Positions 1 through 12,297 of a DNA stretch of 64,000 bases are shown here, in pieces; the first letter of the stretch is position 1; every line of letters starts with the position of its first letter. The position numbers and the translations under genes were made by a program. The DNA is taken from assembly GCF_006345805.1 (NCBI RefSeq), contig NC_042998.1, forward strand, positions 164,672,001-164,736,000. Direction: 5' to 3'. The DNA comes from Octopus sinensis (taxonomy: Eukaryota). A model generated the notes under the pieces. That model did not search any database, was not told the origin of the DNA, and saw nothing but the letters and a program-made list of their open reading frames with translations.

Positions 1-1755
1 CGCTGTAGTCTGTATGTGTCGGGATTCCTTTCTTGGATCCGTATATCGTTATTAGATGTCTAGGGTCCGTTTGCAACCCAAAACGTCGGCCGTGAGTGAA
101 GCTGTGAAATTCTTTCACGCCAAATATAATAGCCAATGCCTCTTTATCAATTTGGCTATAGCTCTTTTCCGCCGGAAATAATGTCCTTGATGTGTGAGCT
201 ATAGCCTTGCTCCTGCCCTCGTTATCCTTGTGTAGGATCACGGCTCCCATCCCATACTCTCTAGCATCTGTAGCTAGTGTTATCTCTAGCGTATGATACA
301 AGTCTGAAGTTAACACATCTTTTAATTCGTTAAATGTTTTCTGACATTTCTCTGTCCAAATTCATTTGGCATTCTTTTTTAATAATTCATTAAGTGGTAC
401 CCTTAACTTATTTATATTTGGTATATACACTTGGTATTAATTTACCAAGCCTAGGAATGCCTGTAGCATTGTCACGTTCGTCGGGACGACATATTTCGTA
501 TTGCCGTCGCCTTTGATGAATCCAATCCACGTCCACTTTCGTCGATTACTTGACCTAGGTATTTTATTTATTTCATTAAAAATTCGCATTTTTCTTCTGT
601 CAGTTTTAATCTATATTCACTTATTCTCTTGAATACTTTATGTGTTCGACACGTGGCACCCGAGACTCGCTCTTTATCAGAATGTCATCTAGGTACGCGA
701 TGACAAAGTCGCAATCATTTACATTACTTGTTGGAATATGGCGGGTATCACTTACTCCAAACAGCAATCGTTTGAACTTATACAATCAACAGTGCGGGTT
801 GATTAGTAGATGTGTGCAATCTTTCTCTAACTGAATTTGAAGGTACGCCTCTGAGAGGTCTAACTTCGAAAAAATCTTCCCTCTGTTTAGCTTAGCATAT
901 TTTCTTCTGGACTTGGAAGTAGGTAACTGTGTGTTAAAAAACAGCTGAAAAGCCTGCGCACACTCTTAGCTTATTTTTCTTTTTACGTACGCCGCCGGTG
1001 ATGGCCAGTCTGCATGGTCAATCTTTTCATATATATTCAGGCTTTCCAACCTTTCTAGTTCTTTATTGACCTGGTCTACCGCCGCAAACGGCACGTTCTA
1101 TTTGGACCTAAAAATAGGTGTTGAATTTTCTTCGATAGCAATCCTTGTTTTTGTTTTTGTGCAACAGCTTAAACCTTCCGAAAGAAAAACTTTTGGCAAA
1201 GTTTCGTTCACCTTTTGTTTCAGTTCCTCGACCTCATTCGATCGTTTGACTGCTCCGTTTACTTTATTGTACAAAGCGCTCATGGGTGTATCTCATAAAT
1301 TAAATATTAGGTTGTCCCAAAAGTTCGTAAACACTTGCGAAAATTGAATTTTTACTCGCCAAGTACTAACAAAAACAACAAAAATTATTCCTCAAAATAA
1401 AGACCATTATTTTCCAAGACTTTCTACGAACTTTTGGGACAACCTTATATCTCCATACATTCGGTACCAAAAAAATTCATGGATTTTTCAACACATAAAC
1501 ATTCACTTTTTTCGTTCGACCTTTGAACGTTATATTACAAACGCGTTTGCCCGTGAAATATAATTTTCTTCCCGTAACACCGTACGCTATTTTGTTTGAA
1601 CTACATAATTTTGGTTTACCAATTTGTTCCCATGTTTTCTCATTTATGATTGTGATATCACTTCCCGTGTCTAATTGCATTCTGACACTAGTGTTTTCAA
1701 TTCTCACTTTTACAAATTTTCTGTTTGATGTAATCACAACTTTCCCTGTTGACAA
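1..1755 (-). pseudogene. pol: Gypsy pol remnant: aspartic protease, reverse transcriptase, RNase H
   Basis: Protease LDTGS (ORF 1477-1755). RT motifs FSKLDLSEAYLQIQ (~830-870) and YLDD (684-695). RNase H motifs TLATDAREYGMGAVIL (~245-290) and YSQIDKEALAIIFGVK (~115-160). Interrupted by a MITE at 1305-1449. Confidence 0.92.
1305..1449. mobile_element. Mariner-type MITE, TA target duplication
   Basis: TIRs TTAGGTTGTCCCAAAAGTTCGTA / TACGAACTTTTGGGACAACCTTA (1 mismatch), TA at 1305-1306 and 1448-1449. Confidence 0.85.
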
Positions 1756-1795
1756 ACTATTTATTTTCCCATGTTTGTTCTATTTTCCTATCATT

Positions 1796-2655
1796 CTAGT
1801 TTTGCAGTGCGATTTTATATGTCCTATAAACCCGCAGCGAAAACACTTTACTTTTTTTATACGGACAATACATCGGTTTACATCCCAATATTTTCTGATT
1901 TTTCTTCCGACTATTTTCCACTGGTTTTATGTGGAAACACTCTTTCCGTTGGATTTCTTCCGTGCCATGCCTTAATTTTAATATCCTGTCACACTCTTCC
2001 GACAGTTTCTGCACTGTCAAATCCTGGTTCATTTCCAGTTTTGATTGAATATTCGTTCGGATTTCTGCATCCCTTCTATCTGTCAATCTTTGTGCAAAAT
2101 TCAAATACTTGAAAGAATCTGGAGTAAGTATATCTAGCCTAAATATATCACATTATTTTTTGACTCTGCCTGTGTTAGTAGTGAAGTCTTCATCTTCGCT
2201 CTTTTCTATGTTTAAACATTTCCATTTAGTATTAAACAATCAGCTCTTTTCACTAAACATTTTGCACAAAATGTCAACTGTGTCAGTGAAATTTATGTCG
2301 GATGCTTTTTTTTTTTTTTTTTTGGCAATATAAAGTTATACTTCATATGCTCTGCTGTTCCTAGTTTTCTTAAAACTAGACGAGTTTTCATATCGTCCGT
2401 CCAATACTGGCATTTCCCACCAAAGATTTGTTAAAATCTTCGAAAGTAAGCCTCGAAGGTTACTCCTTCTTCGGGGTCGTATTTGAATTCGCTTATGGAG
2501 TTTGCTACATGGTCAGGTGAAAATGTATTCTCCGATTTGATTTCCAGCTTCATTAGTAGTAACATTGGCTGCTGCAATCCTTGTTGTTCTCGCTGTTCTT
2601 TGAGTTGTTGTTGCCGTTTTTGCAACTCAACTATCCCAGCTAACAAGTCTTCCAT
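1796..2655 (-). pseudogene. gag: Gypsy gag remnant with CCHC zinc knuckle
   Basis: N-terminal ...NSISEFKYDPEEGVTFEAYFRRF (ORF 2431-2655) and LTVQKLSEECDRILKL are typical of this gag type. CX2CX4HX4C knuckle CFRCGFIGHIKSHC read at 1845-1804. Confidence 0.85.
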
Positions 2656-2779
2656 ATTTTACGATTTTCGTAAGTTTGCACCACAAGATTTTTGCTTCTT
2701 TTTTTGTCAAGGTATTTAATTTTCCACGTGAATTAGTTTAAATTTTCCGTGTGAATATTTTTCCTCCACTTGCTTTTCT

Positions 2780-2788
2780 TCGTCGCCA
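2780..2788 (-). promoter_or_regulatory. Primer-binding site TGGCGACGA (complementary to the tRNA-Ser(GCU)-type 3' end)
   Basis: TGGCGACGA lies on the minus strand just after a ...CA end (2790-2791) and upstream of gag. The tRNA assignment is from recalled tRNA-Ser(GCU) 3' end ...CUCGUCGCCA (9-nt match). Confidence 0.7.
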
Positions 2789-2789
2789 A

Positions 2790-3195
2790 TGTCGTAAAGC
2801 GGTCTTTTACCAATGTTATATCTGTCTTTTGACGACGGTTATCGCTCTGACAGATGTTATATTCCAAAGTCGTCGATAGAATGGTTCCATCTGACACTGC
2901 ATGACCCCCCAATCGTACAGTGTTATTATTCTCAAAAGGTTGGGGAACGTGCACTCAGTATTACAGTATAATTACTATATCAGCACAGTTACGACTATCA
3001 ACACAGTCTACACGTACTCTTGGACCTTTCGACCTTCCCCCTTCGACCTTCCCTGTCGACCGGATACTGGTCTATTTATAATGGCTGGCTACTATCACCT
3101 TTTACCGGGAGCTGTGTACAGTTTCACTATACAATATCTCCCATTTAATTTTTAACAATCAATTTCTTTTATTCACCATACCTCCTCTTCCACCA
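2790..3195 (-). repeat. Probable 5' LTR of the Gypsy element (outer boundary uncertain)
   Basis: Abuts the PBS. Minus-strand TATAAATAG at ~3072-3080. Ends at a (TA)n tract. The partner LTR is not in the window. Confidence 0.6.
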
Positions 3196-3202
3196 TATAT
3201 AT

Positions 3203-3257
<55 letters not shown>

Positions 3258-4489
3258 TCAATATCTTTTCTAAGGGTCTACCTTTAGGAATTCGGTGTTC
3301 TTTCTTTACCTGTGTACGTTAGGTATAAGTCTGTCACTTCTATATTTATATACTATGACTAGGGTCAAGTAAATTGCTATCTCTAGCCGGTGGTTGTTCA
3401 GCACCGAGGATGGGAAATTACCCAGAAGCCATTGGTCTGTTGGTACAGCTAGTGGTTAGGACGGAACACTACACTCTCTTGCTCACAGTATATTTCAGAC
3501 ACAGATTGTGTGTCGATAACCAGGTGAAAAAGATGTTTTGCCTGGAGTTAAAAGGTAGTAACATGGTCCTGCGCAGGACTACCATCTTACGTTGGCAAAC
3601 AGATATACTAGAGTATCTGAGCCATCAATAATGACGGAATTATTATTGAATAAGCTACCAGATGACCGTTGACAAGTAGATGACGAGAAAATCTTTTAAA
3701 TGCCAAGATGACAGAAAGATAAGAAAATTATATTATATTTATCAGTCCTAAAATACAATAAAATTATAATCAAGAAGACCATGAAATATAGCATTTCTTG
3801 TAGACATGAAAGGCATTAAACACACCTCAGCCTTCTGAATTTTCAGTCTGTTATTTTAAAGTGTAGCCCAGATCACATCATTTCATAGTTCAGACACAGA
3901 TAATGCGGTAGCATTGAAATTTCTTATGATTGTTGCGATGCCAAGCGAATCATCTGAATCTATGAACATTAAAGCATTATGACACAATGACGATAGCAGA
4001 ATGAAATTCCGAATACAAAAAATAAAAAGAAAAAATTGTTAGAAGGTAAGCAGAGATTTTGATTGAAAATTTAGAAAGATTTTTTAGTGGTCTTAGAGGA
4101 ACAAGATCAAATCAAACCTAAGTGTCATCGATTTAACTCAAAAGAACTATCCGTGCTACATTAATGATAAAGAAATCTCTTTCAAATGTTGCGATGCACG
4201 GCAAATTGTCAACATTTATGAATATTAAAACGTTAGTTAAACATTAATAAAACAGAATGGACTTTCAAATGCATAAGGCAAACAGAACAACTAAATAGAG
4301 ACACTACTGCAACAAAAAATAGAAACGCTGTTGGTTAACTTAGAAAATTTCAAACTGATTTATCAAGCCTTATGTGACAAATACAAAATATAAACAGAAC
4401 AACTCCAATTCAGTTTGAATAATTTAGAAAGTGGAACAAAATCAACAGCTTCAAACGCTAGTGTTACTCACTTTGTACATATACAAAGA

Positions 4490-4820
4490 CACGTAGCGTA
4501 TTATATATATATATATATTAGTGTGCGCGCGCGTGTATGTTTGTGTGTGTGCATATATATATATAGCAAGGAATGGAGAGAAAGGAGAGATATGCATATA
4601 TACATACATATATATGAACACACACAAACACACATATCAGTGCTTTGAAACTGGAATGACGAGATAAGTATTCAATACATAAACACATATACACACACTC
4701 ACTATCACACACACATATACCTATACATTGATACGGACATACATACATACATACATACATACATACATACATACATACATACATACATACATACACACAT
4801 ATATATATATATTATATATA

Positions 4821-4852
<32 letters not shown>

Positions 4853-4860
4853 GAGTGTGA
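4490..4860. repeat. Compound microsatellite (TA)n/(TG)n/(TACA)n
   Basis: Directly visible. Similar tracts at 5490-5720, 7620-7745, 14830-15250, 15530-15760, 16088-16228, 18830-19160, 19340-19485, 26165-26400, 30260-30460, 40230-40540, 42940-43290, 47140-47640, 51850-52100 and 59690-60060. Confidence 0.97.
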
Positions 4861-5492
4861 GCGCGCGCACCTGTACACAATGGGCCCCGCATTATCGTTA
4901 AGCATTCAGTCGTGATGTGAGTCGGATACAATGCCAAAAAAATATAACAACAAAAATAAATATATAAATAAAATATATCAATAAAAAAGAAAACTTAACT
5001 ATTTCTCCCAAACCTTAGCGTCAGACTGTTTTCTTTTTACTTTTTTTTTTTAGATGTAAGCAACAACAATAGCAACAACCATAACAACAAATCAACGGCA
5101 GCAACAACAACTAATAGCAATTAAGAAACAATAACAAGAAAGACTGTAACGAAAGAAACAAAACGCAAAGAACAACGGAAGAATAACAACAAAAAACATA
5201 GTACGATCGGTCAAACTGGCTTTCAATCGTATCATTCTGTGGTTCACCTTCACCAGAATTACGACATTGAGTTTTAGTGAAGCGCAAAGCAATAACTTCT
5301 TTATATACGATTCTGCATACGGTGAAAGGTATCTGAAAGGTAGATGCATTAGATTTTGTATAGCATTTACATGCTTCAGTAAGACATTATAAAGGTATCC
5401 AATCCAATTGTGAGGAAACAGAGGAAATAGAGGAAACAGAACGTACATTGTATTGCAGCATTGACTGGGTACGTACAGACGTAAATAGATGC

Positions 5493-5523
<31 letters not shown>

Positions 5524-5612
5524 CTTACATTCATACTCGTAAAATATACATATATGTACATGTGTGTGTGTGCATACATACTTACATATATATATATATA
5601 TATATATGCAAA

Positions 5613-5649
<37 letters not shown>

Positions 5650-5666
5650 GTATATGTGTATGTGAG

Positions 5667-5721
<55 letters not shown>

Positions 5722-5749
5722 CAAGACGCATATCGACCTACTTGAAAAC

Positions 5750-6920
5750 ATAATGAAGGAAACAGGAATGCTCAATGACGACCCTGTATATCTGGAAACC
5801 AACGAAGGACAAACAGACAATATCAAAAAGAAACTGCGAACATCACTGACCCCGAAAACAGCACTGTAAAAGAAACTGCAAACACCACTGGCCCCCAAAG
5901 CAACACTGGCAGCAGCAACGGTTGCAATACATTTAGTCAAAGCTGGATTGTGGTGAAAACCAGAAGCAGGAAAAAAAAACTGACACAGTTAGGAAAACTG
6001 ATGCCCTGAAGTCCGAAGGTAACAGGAAGGACAATAACAAAAGCAAAAACCCAAAACGTCAAAACGAAGAAGCACAATGACAAATACTGATAGAGCCCAG
6101 GTTGTATGCAAATTTTACTTAAATGGCACCTACTTTTGGATTGGTGCATAATTATTGCGGCCTTTTTTCAACAAATTTTATTTAACAAAAATAATAACAA
6201 TATTTAACAAAAACATCTTTAAATGATGGTCTGATCGTCTGCCAAGCAAATGGAAGCAGTAATTGTAGTAAATGGTGAATATGCTCCGGAATAATCATTT
6301 AAAACTGTTTCTGTTACATGTTGTTATTGTTTTTGTTGAAAAAAAAAGCCGCAATAATTATGCACTAACCCAACAGCATGGAGAAAGGGGAGAGGACTGC
6401 AGCTTTGCCCATCCTAAATCTTATCGGAACAACAAGCAAGGTAACCGAAAACAAAACCAACAAAAATATAGAGGGAAATAATCAAGCATGGATCTGCAGA
6501 CGAATAGAGCACCAGCAGGAAGAAACGCGTCTCAAAAGAGTAGGAAAAGAAGAGATCAACACATTCACTCTGCACCCTTCAAAAGGCAATATATAGGCAG
6601 TGTACGAACTGCAGCTATCGAACAACAATCTTTTTTAACATGGCCCAGAATGTAGTGCAGCAGCTGATATGGATGCACAGAATTCAAACTGAAAGCCATG
6701 TATTTCAATGCACAAGGCTACCTCAGGTGACAGAGTCAGGATGGCCACCACTGACACCTACCCCGATATCGCACCCATATTCCTAGTGAACATTGGAGGT
6801 CTGCTAAAACTCAGCAACAGAGGTAAAACTCTCTATCTAAAACAGGTTGCTACATGCAATCAAGCAATATGCATGGCACTCACTGAAACGCATCTAACCC
6901 CTAATGTAACAGATGCGTAC
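5750..6920 (+). mobile_element. Decayed LINE 5' remnant: ORF1 CCCH-finger trace plus start of an APE endonuclease
   Basis: FLVNIGGLLK...ICMALTETHL (6780-6897) fits the APE N-terminal N-x-x-G-L...L-x-E-T motifs. VCKFYLNG...HGERGEDCSFAHPK resembles a CCCH finger split by a MITE. Clade not determinable. Confidence 0.55.
6134..6375 (+). mobile_element. Mariner-derived MITE (MADE1/Hsmar1-like TIRs)
   Basis: TIRs TTGGATTGGTGCATAATTATTGCGGC / GCCGCAATAATTATGCACTAACCCAA. The interior encodes a transposase C-terminus-like peptide, DRLPSKWEAVIVVNGEYAPE*. Second copy at 32306-32562. Confidence 0.85.
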
Positions 6921-7319
6921 GTACACTTTGGTCTCTTAAATGTAAGTACATATTTTTCTAAATCTTGTACGACTCTATTTCTGTCTATCAGCCCTTTCAC
7001 GCTTATTCGTTCATTCCACTCTTCGCTCTTTCGTTCCCCTTCCCTCACATGTCTTTGCCTTCTCTTCTTACTCACTTTCCCTCCACTTTTCACTTCACTG
7101 TGTCCCTGTCATTTTTTATCACCCCTCCTTAATTCTTCTGTCTCTCTGCTTTTACTTCTCTCTCTTCTCTTCCCACGTGACCTCTTCGGCCAAGCCTGTT
7201 CTTTCTTTCTTGGTCTGACTGTTGTCCGTGCAACATCGATATTCTTCCCTGTGTTTGTGCAATTTTTGTATCTCTCCCGTAGGACTTCATTTTCACACGC
7301 GCCAGCTTAATTCAATTCG

Positions 7320-7639
7320 TCCTTAGTCAAAAGACACCTGTTGTTATGTCCTGTTATTACTTTTATTGTACTTTTTATTGTTCTTATATATGTGTAACAC
7401 TGTCAGTTTTTTCTGTCCTTGTTTTTGTATACATTCGCTGCTTTCTTCCAAGGAATCTTAGCTTAGTTTTTCCTTGGGGCTCACCAGATTGGAATAATCT
7501 CAAGAATAAACAGCCGAAATTGCGAGGATAATCTGGTGCTTGCCTGAGGAAAGAAAACTTCCTTGTTTTCTTTGTATCGTCTATCTGGGTGTTTTGTTAC
7601 CTAGCTGTCCGGATGTTTTGCGTTCTTGTCCCATTTTTC

Positions 7640-7640
<1 letters not shown>
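7320..7640 (-). repeat. Degenerate copy of the repeat at 37575-37900
   Basis: The reverse complement shares CCCCAAGGAAAAACTAAGCTA...AATGTATAC...AACAAGGACAGAAAA with 37738-37815. Confidence 0.7.
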
Positions 7641-7702
<62 letters not shown>

Positions 7703-8449
7703 TACACACACACACACAAACACACACACATATATATATATATATAAGGAAAATAAGACAAGGTAGAAAATGCTAAAATAATTTTATCATGAAGGACATT
7801 TTGTGACTTTTTCAGCTTAGAGTAAAACATGAAAAACAATTAAATTGTGGATAATTTAAATTAAACGTTTTTAGTTTTCAAATGCAAGGGGCATTTTCCT
7901 TTCTCAGCCTGTCTCTGTCTCTATACATATATACCGAGAGACAGAGAGAGAGAGAAAGAAAGGTCCGTGTGTTTTTTGTTCACCACCACCACTTGATTAC
8001 CGGTGTTGGTTTGTATACGACCCTATAACATAGCATTTCGGTATAAAACACACACACACATACACACACGCACACACACCAAAGGGATAATCATCTGACT
8101 TGACTGAAGCAAGCGAAAGATAAAAGAGTAGCAAAACACCAGCCTTTAGATAGCTGGTCTTAAGTTTAAATTGGATATTACAGTATGTTACGCAATGCTC
8201 GAAAGTTGCGCTGGAGGGGCATGGCTGGAATGCTTTTGATCAAACGTCTGTTTAATGAAGGCTGACCTGAGGCTAAACAACAGCAAATCGACAGCCCCTA
8301 ATCTCAGTCTTTCTGTAGAATATTCAAGATAGTCATTCAGTTCAAGCAGGACTGACCAAGGCTTTTCTTCGGTTTATTTATTTATATATTTATTTATTGT
8401 TATTGTAATTTTGTTCACTTTTTCTCTCTCCTTCCCTCACTTTATTCTC

Positions 8450-9729
8450 TTTAACATTTGTCTTTTACTATTGCAGTGGTTGTCAAAATAATATCTCAAA
8501 TTTTTCTATTCCTCGTTTCATCACCTCTTCCACCTTCTCCTTATCATCATCAGCAGCAGCATTACTGTCATTGTCTTTTTCTTTTTCTTCTTCTTCTTCT
8601 TCTTCTTCTTCTTCTTCTTCTTCTTCTTCTTCTCATCCTCATCCGCATCCTCCTCTTTCTTCTCCTTCTCCTCCTTCTTCTCCTCCTTTTTCTCCTCCTT
8701 CTTTTCTTCCCCCTCTTCCTTCTCCTCCTTCCTCTTCCTTCTTCCCCTCCTCTTCCTCCTTCTTCTTCTTCTCTTCTTCTCTTTCTCCTCCTCCTCCTCC
8801 TCCTTCTTCCCCTCCTCCTTCTCCTTCTTCTTCTCCTTTTTTCCTCCTTCTTCCCCCCCTTCCTCTCCTTCTCCCCCTCTCCTCCTCCTCATTCCCCTCC
8901 TCCTTCTCCTTCTTCCCCTCCTTCTCCTTCTTCTTCTCCTCCTTCTTCCCCTCCCCTTCCTCTTCCTTCTCCCCTCCTCCTCCTCCTCCTCCTCCTTCTT
9001 CTTCTCCTCCTTCTTCTTCTTCTTCTTCTTCTTCTTCTACTACTTCTCCTTCTTCGTCTTCTCTTCCTCCTCCTTCTTCTTTTTCTTCATCTTCTCCTCC
9101 TTCTTGTTTTTCTTCTTCTCTTCCTCCTCCCTCCCCTCCATCTTCTTCTTCTCATCCCTTGTTATGATTTTTACCCCTGTTTTCCTCTCAGTTGTCGTTG
9201 TCGTCGTCATCATCATCATCATCACCTTCTATTACTACTACTACTACTATTACTATTACGTCTCCTTCTCCTTCCCCCTTCTCCTTCCTCCTTCTCTCCT
9301 CCCCTCTTGTTACGATTTTTACCCCTCTGCTTTTCTCCCAGTTATTGTCATGATCATCATCATTATCATCATTATGATCATCATATTCTTCTCCTCCTCC
9401 TCCTCCTCCTCCTCCTTCTCCTTCTTCTTCCTCTACCTCCTCCCTTCTTGTTACGATTTTTACCCCCCCCATCTGTTTTTCTTCCCAAATTCTTCCCCCT
9501 ATTAGTTTTTCCTTCCTCTTCGCCATTCTCTATCTACTTATCATACAATTCATTCTACCTTTTTCCTATACCCTCTCGTTTACTTTTTCCTTTTAAACCT
9601 ATCTTCTTTTTCTAACATATCTTCTTTCTATATTCCTATTTTTTCATAACCACTTGTTCTCCTCTTTCTTTGCAATGTTATTTTTTCCTTCCTTTGTTAT
9701 TCTTCACAATTTTCATATTACTGTTGCTG

Positions 9730-9809
<80 letters not shown>

Positions 9810-9992
9810 TATTATCGTTATTATTTTTGTTGCTGTCGGTGTTGTTACTGTTATTATCATTATTATTTTTGTTGTTTTTGGTTTTTGTTTGTTATTATAC
9901 ATCATCATCTTTATTATTATTTTATTATTATTATTATTATATTATTATTATTATTATTATTATTATTTTTATTGCTGTTGTTGTTGTTGTTG

Positions 9993-10024
<32 letters not shown>

Positions 10025-10060
10025 TTATTATTATTATTGGCTTGTTTCTTCGCTAGTAAT
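8450..10060. repeat. 1.6-kb compound trinucleotide microsatellite (CTT, CCT, CAT, TAC, ATT, GTT)
   Basis: Directly visible; source of the poly-L/S/I/Y pseudo-ORFs. Confidence 0.97.
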
Positions 10061-10499
10061 TTATTCATTTATTCGACTCTTTCATTAATTTCAAACATGA
10101 CACTCGTTGGCACTGCGTTGAATATCCAATGAACCAGGTCAGCAAAATCAATGAAAACTCTGGCACCGTTCGAGCGAAACCAATCGTGACTAGAATTCTT
10201 TAGAAAAGTCCATGACATAAAGATAAATAGAAAAAAAAAGGCAGAGACATCAATCGATGTGAACGAGGTGAGATGGCTGGCGATCGTGGTGGCGATACCG
10301 GTACCGTTGGTGCTTGTATCGGTGCTAACAGTACAGAGATAGTTGATGGCGATGCCGGTTTCAGCTGATATAGAGGAAGGTGGTAGAGGAGATGGTGCCA
10401 GCAGAGCTAGAGAATCTAAGACGGTTTCAGACTGCAATAATTATACAAAGATCGAAAATATCTTTAAAAAATAATTATTGAATGTATGTGGTGCAGGCA

Positions 10500-10870
10500 C
10501 AGTTATGGCTATGTGGTTAAGAAGCTCGCATTTCAACCTCGTGGCTTCGTGTTCTGTTCCACCGCGCGGCACCTTGGGCAAATGTCTACTATTATAGCCT
10601 CGAGTCAACCGATGACTTGTGAGTGAATTTTGGTATACGAAAACTGTGTGGAAACCCATCTGTAGAAAACTGTTCGGAAGCCACATGTGTGTGTGTGTGT
10701 GTGTGTGTGTGTATGACTTTTTGTGTTTTCCACCATCGCCACTTGACAAATGGTGTTGGTTTGGTTACGTCCCCATAACTTTGCGTTTCAGCAAACGAGA
10801 GCTATAGAATAAACGTGAGACAGCATCAGAATTTTTTTAAATAAGTACTAGGATCGATTTGCTCAACTAA
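10500..10870 (+). mobile_element. Bipartite tRNA-derived SINE (family A-B: head, (TG)n, 3' module)
   Basis: Head GGCTATGTGGTTAAGAAGCT...GCACCTTGGGCAAATGTCT...; (TG)n; degenerate GGTGTTGGTTTGGTTACGTCCCCATAACTT module. Confidence 0.8.
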
Positions 10871-11098
10871 ATCCTTTACATCTCCTAACCAGATTTTGAT
10901 ATCTTGTGTAACATCAGTTTTGACTGTACCATGAAGTATACTCGGTAAATCATTTGCTTCGAATCCTTCAGAAGTATATTCTACCTTCAGATCGTACAGA
11001 AGTTACTTTTACAATCATTAACTGAAGTGGTAGTCTTTACAATCTTAGCTGAAGTGGTAGTCTTAGTTTCTTCCATGAAATTGTCACATTAAATATTG

Positions 11099-11307
11099 AT
11101 TTCAGATTTTGGCACAATGCCAACAATTTCGGGGGACGGGCTTAAGTCGATTTCATCGACCCCATTCTCAACTGATACTTATTTTATCGACCCCGAAAGG
11201 ATAAAAGGCAAAGTCGCTTTCGGAATTTGAACTAAGAACGTAAAGACGGACAAAATACTGCTAAGCAATTCGCCTGGCACTCTTACAATTCAGCCAGCTC
11301 GTCGCCT
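11099..11307 (-). mobile_element. SINE family C copy with 18-bp TSD
   Basis: TSD TTGTCACATTAAATATTG at 11081-11098 and 11308-11325. Body contains GTTCAAATTCC (B box) and CCTTTxATCCTTTCGGGGTCGATAAA. Confidence 0.85.
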
Positions 11308-11915
11308 TTGTCACATTAAATATTGTCTAATGTTACTGAGAATTTTTGTCTTCGCGTGTATTCCTCAATATTTTCTTCTCTTACAACCATGTAAATTTTG
11401 TCCAAATATCCCCGTTGGTATAATCTGTCACAGGATACAATCATACATTGATCGATTGCCTGAATTATAGTGGGAGATGGCAAAAACTTGCATCTTATTT
11501 CACCTTTGTTAGTGACAAGATAGAGTCCAGTTAGGTAAGAAGGGGAGTTGTTCAATGATAGGAGCGCCTTCACTTCATCAGCAGAAACTCCGAGAATGTC
11601 TTCCTGGTACTGCAAAAAGGAAATTTATGAAAAGCCAGTCATTGAAGATATGAATGTTTAGCTACGATGTCACAAGTGCTAACAATGTATCAATAATTGG
11701 TGCATTGTGCACTAACTATTGATACAAAGGAAGCAGACGTGTTGATCTTACCACGTCAGACGTTTAAAAAGATGCATAATAGGTTTTGCGTTCACCAAAA
11801 ATCGCTTCTTGATTTACAACCAGATGTGAAGACTTCATTTTAAACAGCTTTGGTATTCGTGCCCAGTAACTGCCAATGCAGCCTAGTTTCATTTGCCTTT
11901 TCATATAGGAAACTA

Positions 11916-12297
11916 GGAGGCGCAATGGCCCAGTGGTTAGGTCAGCGGACTCGCGGTCATAGGATCGCGGTTTCGATTCCCAGACCGGGCGTTGTGAGTG
12001 TTTATTGAGCGAAAACACCTAAAGCTCCACGAGTCTCCGGCAGGGGATGGTGGTGATCCCTGCTGTATTCTTTCACCACAACTTTCTCTCACTCTTACTT
12101 CCTGTTTCTGTTGTACCTGTATTTCAAAGGGCCAACCTTGTCACTCTCTGTGTCACGCTGAATATCCCCGAGAACTACGTTAAGGGTACACGTGTCTGTG
12201 GAGTGCTCAGCCACTTACACGTTAATTTCACGAGCAGGCTGTTCCGTTGATTCGGATCAACCGGAACCCTCGTAGTCGTAACCGACGGAGTGCTTCC
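11916..12297 (+). mobile_element. Full-length SINE family D with 11-bp TSD
   Basis: A box TGGCCCAGTGG, B-box-like GGTTTCGATTCC; TSD ATAGGAAACTA at 11905-11915 and 12298-12308. Similar copy at 37128-37490. Confidence 0.88.

Larger units (their letters stand above)
1..3195 (-). mobile_element. Decayed Ty3/Gypsy LTR retrotransposon (K02A2.6-like), 5' part; continues beyond left edge
   Basis: Minus-strand order LTR - PBS - gag - protease - RT - RNase H with recognisable motifs (see sub-features). Multiple stops and frameshifts. Integrase is not in the window. Confidence 0.92.

Noticed and set aside
8458-9615. 385-aa ORF and overlapping poly-L/S/I/Y ORFs
   Set aside because: Translations of trinucleotide microsatellites that lack stops by composition; no domain or splice evidence.
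11916-11990. tRNA gene (also the heads at 28852, 45585 and 63453, and GAGTTCGAATCC at ~21625)
   Set aside because: A and B boxes are present, but there is no complete cloverleaf or acceptor stem; the sequences continue into SINE bodies bounded by TSDs.
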